Shown piece by piece: positions 18,458 to 25,794 of a DNA stretch of 45,470 bases; positions within the stretch are counted from its first letter, which is position 1; the number at the start of each line of letters is the position of its first letter. The stretch is from Parcubacteria bacterium C7867-002 (GTDB taxonomy: Bacteria; Patescibacteriota; Minisyncoccia; Phycocordibacterales; PALSA-1337). Both the position numbers and the translations under genes were made by a program. The notes beneath the pieces were generated by a model. It was not told where the DNA came from and made no database searches. It worked only from the letters and a program-made list of their open reading frames with translations. Where the stretch lies: NCBI GenBank assembly GCA_001189105.1, contig LFCL01000020.1, positions 1-45,470 of the forward strand. Reading direction: 5' to 3'.

Positions 18458-19021
18458 ATGACTTACAAGACTACATACGAACTCAATAAAGATTCATTTA
18501 AAGCCTTGAAGGATACTCTTGCTATCAAGAATCCTATGCAGGCTCCACGCTTGTCAAAGGTGGTTGTCTCCAGTGGTTTCGGTTCAGTTAAGGACAAGAA
18601 AAAGATCGAGCTCATTGCGGACCGTCTCGCTCGTATCACTGGTCAGAAGCCAGCTATGCGTGCAACCAAGAAGGCTATTGCAACATTCAAGACTCGTGTC
18701 GGTGATCCTGTTGGATACCAGGTTACACTCCGTGGTCCACGTATGAATGAATTCTTGGATCGCATGATTCATATTGCTTTCCCTCGCACCAAGGACTTCC
18801 GCGGACTTTCTCGTAACTCTGTCGATGATATGGGTAACTATACGATCGGTATCAAGGAGCACACTATTTTCCCAGAAACAGCTGATGAAGACCTCAAGGA
18901 CGTTTTTGGAATGAGTATCACGATTGTGACTACTTCAAACGACAAAAAGAAGACCTTGGCTTTCCTCGAATATCTCGGTTTGCCTCTCAAGAAAGAAGAA
19001 GACAAAAAAGGAAAGAAATAA
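18458..19021 (+). CDS. rplE: 50S ribosomal protein L5
   Basis: NPMQAPRL.KVV...G......K......D.L..ITGQKP; DFRG......D..GNY..GI.E...FPE. Confidence 0.96.
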   Translation: MTYKTTYELNKDSFKALKDTLAIKNPMQAPRLSKVVVSSGFGSVKDKKKIELIADRLARITGQKPAMRATKKAIATFKTRVGDPVGYQVTLRGPRMNEFLDRMIHIAFPRTKDFRGLSRNSVDDMGNYTIGIKEHTIFPETADEDLKDVFGMSITIVTTSNDKKKTLAFLEYLGLPLKKEEDKKGKK

Positions 19022-19028
19022 AAACAAG

Positions 19029-19056
19029 ACACTCCGATAAGGGGTGTTTTTGTTTG
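19029..19056 (+). terminator. rho-independent terminator after rplE
   Basis: acactcc gataa ggggtgt plus a T-run. Confidence 0.8.
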
Positions 19057-19060
19057 TATT

Positions 19061-19086
19061 AAAAAACTCGCACGGAGAGTGCGAGT
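19061..19086 (-). terminator. rho-independent terminator (minus strand) for the 304-aa gene
   Basis: ctcgcac/gtgcgag stem with T6 on the minus strand. Confidence 0.7.
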
Positions 19087-19112
19087 GTGTTGCGAATAGG
19101 GATGTATCCTGA

Positions 19113-20027
19113 TCAGTGTGTTAAATTCGGAATATAGAGATCCGCTTGGCCAACCAAAGATGCAATCCCTGTTAAGAGAGTGAGTCCTTGGGCAGGCTGA
19201 TCAACATTGTGACAGGTGAATTCGTGTCCCATATTCTGACGCCGTCCGTGATGAGAAGAATGAATGCCACAGGCATCTCCAGGGCATTCCAGCATCAGAT
19301 AACCATCCCGAAGTTCTCCTCGGATCGAATCGGGAAAGTCGTAACGAGATGCTAAACCAGTGTGATTATATGCTTGTCGCATTGCCCGAGTTACTTCGGG
19401 TAGTATGGTATCGATAAGCTCACTCGATTCTGAGGCCAAGTAATTCGAAAGATCAATTCCAAATATTCCGCCGAGGGAACTCCCATGTTGCTCGGGTTCG
19501 GAAAGAATGTATATCCTCAGATGTTGCGATTCTCTTGCTGAAGTATGTTCATGGCACTCAAGAATGTTGAAGAGGATATTGAGGCTGGAAGTAATCATGA
19601 AGGCCTCTTTGTAATTTATTACACTCTTCTTGCCGGTTTCTCCGCAATAGTTACAAGCGGTTTCATGCTCGAACCGTTTGCCTGTACCGCCACATTCCTC
19701 GCATAAAAAATTCGTTTCTATTTTAATGCGAGGGATGTCGACAGAAAATTTAACATAATCACCGATCTCATTTGTTTTCCTAATGAGTCGATTGAATCCA
19801 AAGGAATCTTTTTGAAGATTTCCTTCAAAACTATCAAGGAGGGGATCCTTCATGTGTCTTTCGGTGAGGTGCTTCACTATCGGTAAGTCTGGGGTGAGGA
19901 CTTGAGCATTGCGAATGCAATCCGTGTGGATTGAGATGACGATGGCGGTCTTGTGTGAATTCCACGAGAGTTGATACTTACGGGGAATGCGATCGGAACG
20001 TAATGATTTCATATATTCCTTTTTCAA
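19113..20027 (-). CDS. hypothetical protein with a DnaJ-type CxxCxGxG zinc finger and a Cys/His-rich C-terminus (ORF-track start is TTG; first ATG at 20012)
   Basis: CEECGGTGKRFEHETACNYCGETGKK; C-terminal CPGDACGIHSSHHGRRQNMGHEFTCHN. Confidence 0.6.
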   Translation of the reverse strand: MKKEYMKSLRSDRIPRKYQLSWNSHKTAIVISIHTDCIRNAQVLTPDLPIVKHLTERHMKDPLLDSFEGNLQKDSFGFNRLIRKTNEIGDYVKFSVDIPRIKIETNFLCEECGGTGKRFEHETACNYCGETGKKSVINYKEAFMITSSLNILFNILECHEHTSARESQHLRIYILSEPEQHGSSLGGIFGIDLSNYLASESSELIDTILPEVTRAMRQAYNHTGLASRYDFPDSIRGELRDGYLMLECPGDACGIHSSHHGRRQNMGHEFTCHNVDQPAQGLTLLTGIASLVGQADLYIPNLTH

Positions 20028-20080
20028 GTGGTTTTTCTACTCTATTGGTACGATATACGCACTTACTTGTAGAGTCAATT

Positions 20081-20110
20081 AAAAAACCACCCTAATACTT
20101 ATTGGGGTGG
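20081..20110 (-). terminator. rho-independent terminator (minus strand)
   Basis: ccaccc/ggggtgg stem with T6 on the minus strand, immediately upstream of the 304-aa gene start. Confidence 0.65.
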
Positions 20111-20134
20111 TTTGAAGGTGTAGAGCAATCGTCC

Positions 20135-20278
20135 TTACGAAAGCTGAGCAAGTTGCTCATAAGATTTTTTGCAGTGCCGAAGGATAGCACTACGCAAAGC
20201 TTTTTTGGAAGTTTTCCTGAAACGCGAAGGTGTGTTCATGGCAACATGAAGCGGGGAACAAGCCGGGGATTTTTTCAT
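20135..20278 (-). CDS. possible 47-aa basic small protein (or an sRNA unit)
   Basis: My own translation: MKKSPACSPLHVAMNTPSRFRKTSKKALRSAILRHCKKSYEQLAQLS*. It ends ~25 nt before the minus-strand terminator and is below the ORF-track length cut-off. Confidence 0.25.
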   Translation of the reverse strand: MKKSPACSPLHVAMNTPSRFRKTSKKALRSAILRHCKKSYEQLAQLS

Positions 20279-20426
20279 AGTTTTTAAGAGATCAATTGTT
20301 TATCTCCTTAAACCTTACCACAACCCTCCCATTTCTTCCTCCCTTGTCTTTATACAAAAAATTTGTCATTATATGTTTTTAGAATCAACTCTGTGGGTAA
20401 ACATGGGTCAATAGAGGGAAAGAACT

Positions 20427-20891
20427 ATGACAAAACAAAAAAATCCGGCAACCGCAGTGCTGCCGAGGGTGGAGGATTTCGTGCTGGAAATGCCAGAGGG
20501 GATAGCAGGATGGGTTTTACCTGAAGTGCAGCAAAGCACCCGTGAGCAGGTAAAAGAACACGATCTGCAAGAGGATATGATGTGGATGGAATGTGAACAG
20601 GGTCACACCTTGGGAGAATATTTTGACATCCTTACTCATACACATCGCATCCGCAGGTGCCTCAATGTTGATGAAGGTAGAATACTCATCAACAACAACG
20701 CTCTCGCATCTCCTTTTTTTGAAGGAAAGCAGATTGTGTTGTGGCGTTCTGTTGGTCATGATCATGCAGGAAATTATTTGGTACCCATCATCCAAAACAT
20801 CACCGGCCAGCAACCATTGATGTACTGGCATTACTGTCGGTATCCTTTGTCGAGAAGGCATGCTACGTACACATTTCGTGGACACATGTAA
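20427..20891 (+). CDS. hypothetical protein (154 aa)
   Basis: ORF with a gagggaaag purine tract upstream and a strong terminator downstream. No family recognised. Confidence 0.6.
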   Translation: MTKQKNPATAVLPRVEDFVLEMPEGIAGWVLPEVQQSTREQVKEHDLQEDMMWMECEQGHTLGEYFDILTHTHRIRRCLNVDEGRILINNNALASPFFEGKQIVLWRSVGHDHAGNYLVPIIQNITGQQPLMYWHYCRYPLSRRHATYTFRGHM

Positions 20892-20898
20892 GATCATT

Positions 20899-20924
20899 GT
20901 CCGAGGATAGCCTCGGACTTTTTT
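20899..20924 (+). terminator. rho-independent terminator
   Basis: gtccgagg atag cctcggac plus T6. Confidence 0.85.
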
Positions 20925-20991
20925 AATACATAGACGATAAGGCGCTTTTGGTGTATCGTTTTAGGAAAGAATACTCCTTCTCCATCGTTAT

Positions 20992-21552
20992 ATGTCTACG
21001 AACCCCCACACTATCCAGGCCACTTTTAATACGATATACGCGGAACAATCCGATGCTATATTCCGCTTTTGTCTCGTTCGAGTATCCGATCGTGATCAAG
21101 CACTCGATCTTACTCAAGAGACATTTACTCGATTCTGGCAGAGTTTGGTGCAAGGGAAAGAAATGACACATACACGCGCTTTTTTATTCACTATTGCCAA
21201 TCACTTAATTATCGATTGGTATCGCAAAAAGAAACCCGTTTCGCTCGAAGGTCTCGCGGGACCTGAAGATGAAGAAGGATACGAACCGGTACAAGAGAAT
21301 GCAAAGATGAACATCGAAATGGAGGCAGAAGGAAGATACGTTTTGGATGCCATTCAGAAAATGGGTCCATCGTATCGCCAATCGGTATACCTTCGATATG
21401 TTGAAGGGTTATCTCCTCCGGAAATTGCATCTATATTGAATCTATCGACAAATGCAGTCTCTGTACGAATCAATCGAGGTCTCGAAGAGTTACGAAAATT
21501 AGTCGGGTACGATATCGAGTCAGAGCCAGAATTATCACATGAAAAATCCTAA
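20992..21552 (+). CDS. ECF-type RNA polymerase sigma-70 family factor
   Basis: Region 2 (FRFCLVRVSDRDQALDLTQETF..FW, IANHLIIDWYRKK) and region 4 (YRQSVYLRYVEGLSPPEIASILNLSTNAVSVRINRGL). Confidence 0.9.
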   Translation: MSTNPHTIQATFNTIYAEQSDAIFRFCLVRVSDRDQALDLTQETFTRFWQSLVQGKEMTHTRAFLFTIANHLIIDWYRKKKPVSLEGLAGPEDEEGYEPVQENAKMNIEMEAEGRYVLDAIQKMGPSYRQSVYLRYVEGLSPPEIASILNLSTNAVSVRINRGLEELRKLVGYDIESEPELSHEKS

Positions 21553-22618
21553 GTTTACACACGCAGTTCAACAAATCCGAAACGTCAGGATGACAGATTC
21601 GGAAAAGAAAACAATGCTCGCGCGCATTGCTGCTTCAACAGCCGTGCCAGGATATTCAGAACCAGTTCGTAGTCCGTGGTCACGTTTTTCTTTTGGGTGG
21701 GCAACTCAGCAACCTTGGCTTGTTGCTGCTCTAGTGTGTCTCATCATCGTCGGTTCAGGAGGAGTTAGTTTGAGCGCCGAAAGGGCATTGCCGGGTAGCG
21801 CATTGTATCCGATCAAAGTACGTATCAATGAATCAGTGCGTGATCGATTGGCACAGACCCCGGAATCCCAAGCGTTATGGTCTGCAGCAAAAAGTGAACG
21901 TCGTATCAATGAGGCTGCAGCCTTGGCGGTAACTGATAGGTTAGATCAGGCAACACAAGAACAACTTCAGGTACGTCTCGACACACATACGCAGGAGCTC
22001 GCACAGGTTCTCGATCAAGTACGTCAAACCGATTCTCCGGAGCGTGCAGATGAAATCAAGGTAGTCTTTCAGGCAACACTCGGTGCACAAGCTGATATTT
22101 TGGAAGTTATCTCTCAGGAGGATGTACGCAGCGGACCCACTGCAGATGCACGCATAGTTGTAGCTGGCCTAGCGCGTACCAGTGCCGATTCGCTTGATGG
22201 TGTAAGTGCTGCTGCATCTGGAGCGATGTCTGCAAAAGCGGCTGCTCCCTTGATGATGGCAATGAATGCTGCGACCGAAGCAGATACGTCTCAGTCTCGG
22301 ATGGCAGATCAGTCGTTTCCTCCAGTCCAACCAGCAACCGAAGAGGCGTATATACGCGCTCATAAGGCTACGCAAAAACTGATGTTTGCTGTTTTGGAGC
22401 AATTGGAAACGGCATCTGTAGCACAGGGTTCATTGCAGGAAAAATTACTCACCCGTGCGGCTGAATATCTCGATCAAGCCAAGAATCATTTTGAAGAAGC
22501 AACTAGAATCCATGATGCAGGAGATATCGGCAGTGCGTATTCGTTGATGTTGGAGTCTCAACGAGCCACCATCCAATCACATATTATTCTCCGCGCCGCG
22601 CTCAAGAAAATCCAATGA
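21539..22618 (+). CDS. putative anti-sigma factor / membrane protein with a helical extracytoplasmic domain
   Basis: 14-nt overlap with the sigma gene. Single TM helix (PWLVAALVCLIIVGSGGVSL). Ala/Gln/Glu-rich helical C-terminal region. Confidence 0.55.
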   Translation: MKNPKFTHAVQQIRNVRMTDSEKKTMLARIAASTAVPGYSEPVRSPWSRFSFGWATQQPWLVAALVCLIIVGSGGVSLSAERALPGSALYPIKVRINESVRDRLAQTPESQALWSAAKSERRINEAAALAVTDRLDQATQEQLQVRLDTHTQELAQVLDQVRQTDSPERADEIKVVFQATLGAQADILEVISQEDVRSGPTADARIVVAGLARTSADSLDGVSAAASGAMSAKAAAPLMMAMNAATEADTSQSRMADQSFPPVQPATEEAYIRAHKATQKLMFAVLEQLETASVAQGSLQEKLLTRAAEYLDQAKNHFEEATRIHDAGDIGSAYSLMLESQRATIQSHIILRAALKKIQ

Positions 22619-23157
22619 TACCGTATACGTTGCGTCGAAGTATTCGTACCCGTACGGTGCGTATTACGATTCGTCGAACTGGCGACGTGGTCGTCAGTGC
22701 TCCGATTGGCGTGCCTCAGATTTTTATTACCGCTTACCTGGCACGAATGCAACAGTGGATTGCCTCGAAACTATTGTTAATTAAAGAACGTGCTCCCGAT
22801 ACGCGTGTTTCGAGGTTACCTGGTGGTCGTCGAGATTTTGTGGCACACAAAGATGAAGCATTACGGATTTTGTCAGAACGAACCAAAGAGCTCAATCAAG
22901 CCTATCAATTTTCATATACCAAGATCGTAGTACGTAATCAGAAAACTCGCTGGGGTAGTTGTTCTCGCCACGGAGTAATTAATTTTAATTATCGTTTGGC
23001 CTATATGCCCGATGACGTGCGTGACTATGTCATTGTGCACGAATTGTGTCATTTGAAACAATTCAACCACTCGCGCGCATTTTGGGATTTGGTGAAACAG
23101 GCAGTGCCGAATTATAAAGAGGTCAAAAAGAAATTGAAGGGACTGACGGTAGGGTAA
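22615..23157 (+). CDS. YgjP-like (DUF45/M48-related) zinc metallopeptidase
   Basis: W..C......I..N..L......V.DYVIVHELCHL...NHS..FW (HExxH). ATGA overlap with the upstream gene. Confidence 0.8.
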   Translation: MIPYTLRRSIRTRTVRITIRRTGDVVVSAPIGVPQIFITAYLARMQQWIASKLLLIKERAPDTRVSRLPGGRRDFVAHKDEALRILSERTKELNQAYQFSYTKIVVRNQKTRWGSCSRHGVINFNYRLAYMPDDVRDYVIVHELCHLKQFNHSRAFWDLVKQAVPNYKEVKKKLKGLTVG

Positions 23158-24444
23158 TTACGTTCCTACATTACTTCCTGCTACCCACCCCGTAGTCCAA
23201 CACAGTTGCAAACTGTATCCGCCGGAAGGACGATCAATGTTGAGTACATCACCTATGATGTGAAGGTTAGGAACTTTGCGAGACCGCATAGTTTTCCAGT
23301 CGATCTCAGGAAGGGCGACACCACCAGAAGTCACAATCGCTTTGTCTGTACCCAGAAGACCAGTCGCTTCAATACGAACATCTTTGAGAAGTTGCACCAA
23401 GGCTAAACGCTGTTCACGAGTTACGCTATGACAAAAAGTGTCAGGGTTAATTCCTGAAAGTTCGATAATAACGGGAACGAGTGCGCTTGGGATCAATGAA
23501 CTGAGTCCATTTTTAATTTTCTTATTGATTTCTTTTTTGAAAATATCTTGGAGGGCTGTATTGAGTGTTCCATAGTCGTGCGTAGGGAGAAGATCGAGTG
23601 ATATCCAGGCTTTGCCATAACTGAGTTGTTCACGAATATCGCGACTCATATTTAAAATAGTGGGACCACTGATACCAAAGTGGGTAAACAAAATCTTGCC
23701 CTTGTGAGTCATGATTTTCACTCCATCTTGAAGGAGGGAAATCTTGATATCTTTGAGGGTGACGCCTTGAAGTCTCTTGACCCATGCATCGGCTGTTGTG
23801 ACGGGTACGAGTGCCAATGAGGGTGTGATAACGGTGTGACCGAGCTTGGAGAGCCAGGGAAGGGCATCACCGGTGGAACCAGTCTCTGGACGTGATGTTC
23901 CGCCGGTTGCCAGGATGAAAGAAGTAGCTCGGATCTCTTTGAGGCCGTGAGGATTTTTCTTGAGACGAATACTTTGAATGCGTGTACCGGAAGCGTCTTC
24001 GATCGCAGTAAAACCTCCGACGGGTGTGTTGGAGAGCACAGTTACTTTACCGGATTGCATATATGCCACGAGTACATTCCAGACTGACTGTGCTTTGTTG
24101 CTGATGGGGAAGACACGTTTTTCTGCCTCGGTCTTGGTAGGCATGTCATGGGCATGAAAAAAGTCCAGACTATTTTGTACGCCATGTTGTGAAAAAGCAG
24201 AGAAGAGGAATTTATCGTTACCTTTGAATTTCGACAGGAAGACACGCAGATCAAATTCTGCATTAGTAATGTTTGAACGGCCACCACCGGTAATGAGGAG
24301 TTTCTTGCCGAGGGAATCATTTTTTTCAATGAGGATGACGGAGAGTCCGCGTTCTGCCGCACGACCGGCCGCCATCATGCCAGCTGGTCCACCACCGATC
24401 ACGGCGACATCGTAGAGAGGGAGAGTTTTTGCACCCGAAGTCAT
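23158..24444 (-). CDS. FAD-dependent oxidoreductase, HI0933/YhiN-like family
   Basis: YDVAVIGGGPAGMMAAGRAAE (Rossmann GxGxxG) and GGGRSNITN. Start set at ATG 24444, supported by TGTTATAAT 6 nt upstream. Confidence 0.85.
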   Translation of the reverse strand: MTSGAKTLPLYDVAVIGGGPAGMMAAGRAAERGLSVILIEKNDSLGKKLLITGGGRSNITNAEFDLRVFLSKFKGNDKFLFSAFSQHGVQNSLDFFHAHDMPTKTEAEKRVFPISNKAQSVWNVLVAYMQSGKVTVLSNTPVGGFTAIEDASGTRIQSIRLKKNPHGLKEIRATSFILATGGTSRPETGSTGDALPWLSKLGHTVITPSLALVPVTTADAWVKRLQGVTLKDIKISLLQDGVKIMTHKGKILFTHFGISGPTILNMSRDIREQLSYGKAWISLDLLPTHDYGTLNTALQDIFKKEINKKIKNGLSSLIPSALVPVIIELSGINPDTFCHSVTREQRLALVQLLKDVRIEATGLLGTDKAIVTSGGVALPEIDWKTMRSRKVPNLHIIGDVLNIDRPSGGYSLQLCWTTGWVAGSNVGT

Positions 24445-24450
24445 GGAAAT

Positions 24451-24459
24451 ATTATAACA
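24451..24459 (-). promoter_or_regulatory. extended -10 TGTTATAAT, 6 nt upstream of ATG 24444 (leaderless geometry)
   Basis: Read on the minus strand. Confidence 0.5.
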
Positions 24460-24481
24460 CTTTTTGAGGATATGTGCAAAT

Positions 24482-24509
24482 AAAAACCCCGAACGCATGG
24501 CTCGGGGTT
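24482..24509 (-). terminator. rho-independent terminator (minus strand)
   Basis: ccccga/tcgggg stem with a T-run on the minus strand, downstream of the 167-aa gene. Confidence 0.7.
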
Positions 24510-24528
24510 AAGAAATGTGCGGTGAAAA

Positions 24529-25032
24529 TTACGTTCCTACGGCAATCAGTTCCGGATACAGCAATGTGTGGAACAGTTCATGGCTCCCACTCAGATGGGC
24601 GATGTCACGTAAACTTTCCTCCGTTTGCAGTCCAACTCGAGCTGCGATTGCAAGCACGAGCGCTTCGTCGGTAAGCTCGGCCAATCCTGAGAATGACAAG
24701 ATGTAGCCGCCAGCACAAATACCTCCGCCGTACTGTTCTTCAGCAGGATTTCTGTTCCTCCAGCTGCTCTCGAGCTCGGGATTTGCCTTGAGTCTCCGAG
24801 CTTTTTCCTGAGCGTACCGGATGTAATGAAGACATTTCGGTTGGGGAACATCACCAATGATGTGGGTATTCATTGATCCCGTGGGATCGATGATGCATAA
24901 ATATCCGCCCCACCGTTGTTTTGGTTGAGACTCTTTGGTCTGCAGATAGAGAAGAAAGGCAGGGGAATCGAAGAATGAACGGGCGATCTTATGGATATGA
25001 TCGGTGCTGACAATGTGTGGTTGGGTTTGCAT
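24529..25032 (-). CDS. hypothetical protein (167 aa); weak resemblance to the GlcG/HbpS (DUF336) fold
   Basis: YGGGICAGGYILSFSGLAELTDEALVLAIA loosely resembles the GGG...G.IGVSG....DE motif of DUF336. Not verified. Confidence 0.55.
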   Translation of the reverse strand: MQTQPHIVSTDHIHKIARSFFDSPAFLLYLQTKESQPKQRWGGYLCIIDPTGSMNTHIIGDVPQPKCLHYIRYAQEKARRLKANPELESSWRNRNPAEEQYGGGICAGGYILSFSGLAELTDEALVLAIAARVGLQTEESLRDIAHLSGSHELFHTLLYPELIAVGT

Positions 25033-25123
25033 GCAATGTTCACGTAGTGGTTTTTAGGAGAACTCCGTCCTCGGTGCGCATACGCAAGAAGACGTTCTGT
25101 CGAAAGGGTACCGCTTTGAATAG

Positions 25124-25157
25124 AATTGTCAATAGAGAAGAAATGTTGTGTTCTATA
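25124..25157 (+). repeat. direct repeat copy 1 (26 nt perfect, 34 nt with 2 mismatches)
   Basis: aattgtcaatagagaagaaatgttgt(gt)tctata is identical to 25756-25781. Confidence 0.9.
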
Positions 25158-25195
25158 ACTTGAGCATATCAAAGTCCAACCTTGATTGCGCAAAG

Positions 25196-25217
25196 AAAAA
25201 ACCGCCCTGATGGCGGC
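25196..25217 (-). terminator. rho-independent terminator (minus strand)
   Basis: ccgcc/ggcgg stem with T6 on the minus strand, just after the stop of the 166-aa gene. Confidence 0.65.
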
Positions 25218-25222
25218 TGTGA

Positions 25223-25723
25223 CTAATAGTTATAACGACTCAGGTACTGTGCGTAGAGCGTTGCGTTGATGGGATTTTGAGGACGATGAGGGAGAAGGTT
25301 CCCCCGGGGAAATAGAGTGGTGTACTGAGGTGAAGTTTCTATTGAATCAATCTCGAGTAATCCCGGGTGAATTTCAAAAGGTCCTCTGTAGTGTTGAATC
25401 ATGAAGAACACTTGGTTCCCTTGAGATATTTCGAAAGGTCCTTCAAATTGTTCCCGATAGGTAACAGGGAACAATACGGATCCTGATGCTCCGCGCCGCA
25501 CCCAAAACTCTTGGCGAGATAGCCATGTCCACGTATCGTTGAAGACAATTTTTGAAGGAGTTTTGTTCCGATTCCACTCGATGTGGTCGCATGTGGCTCG
25601 AAAGATACTTCCGGCGATCATGATCTCTATTTTGCCATCGGGAAACCAGGTGTGTTCACGGCTGCGCATACTATCAAAGGTGATCAATTTTCCATCCATA
25701 TATGTGTGATTTTTTTGGAACAA
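25223..25723 (-). CDS. hypothetical protein (166 aa from TTG; first ATG at 25699)
   Basis: ORF bracketed by the 26-bp direct repeats. No family recognised. Confidence 0.55.
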   Translation of the reverse strand: MFQKNHTYMDGKLITFDSMRSREHTWFPDGKIEIMIAGSIFRATCDHIEWNRNKTPSKIVFNDTWTWLSRQEFWVRRGASGSVLFPVTYREQFEGPFEISQGNQVFFMIQHYRGPFEIHPGLLEIDSIETSPQYTTLFPRGNLLPHRPQNPINATLYAQYLSRYNY

Positions 25724-25755
25724 AAAGGCCTCTTCGAATGTACTCTTTTATCATT

Positions 25756-25789
25756 AATTGTCAATAGAGAAGAAATGTTGTACTCTATA
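25756..25789 (+). repeat. direct repeat copy 2; also contains the likely ABC-F promoter
   Basis: Identical 26-mer. TTGTCA (25758-63)-N17-TACTCT (25781-86), then 8 nt to ATG 25795. Confidence 0.9.
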
Positions 25790-25794
25790 CCTTC

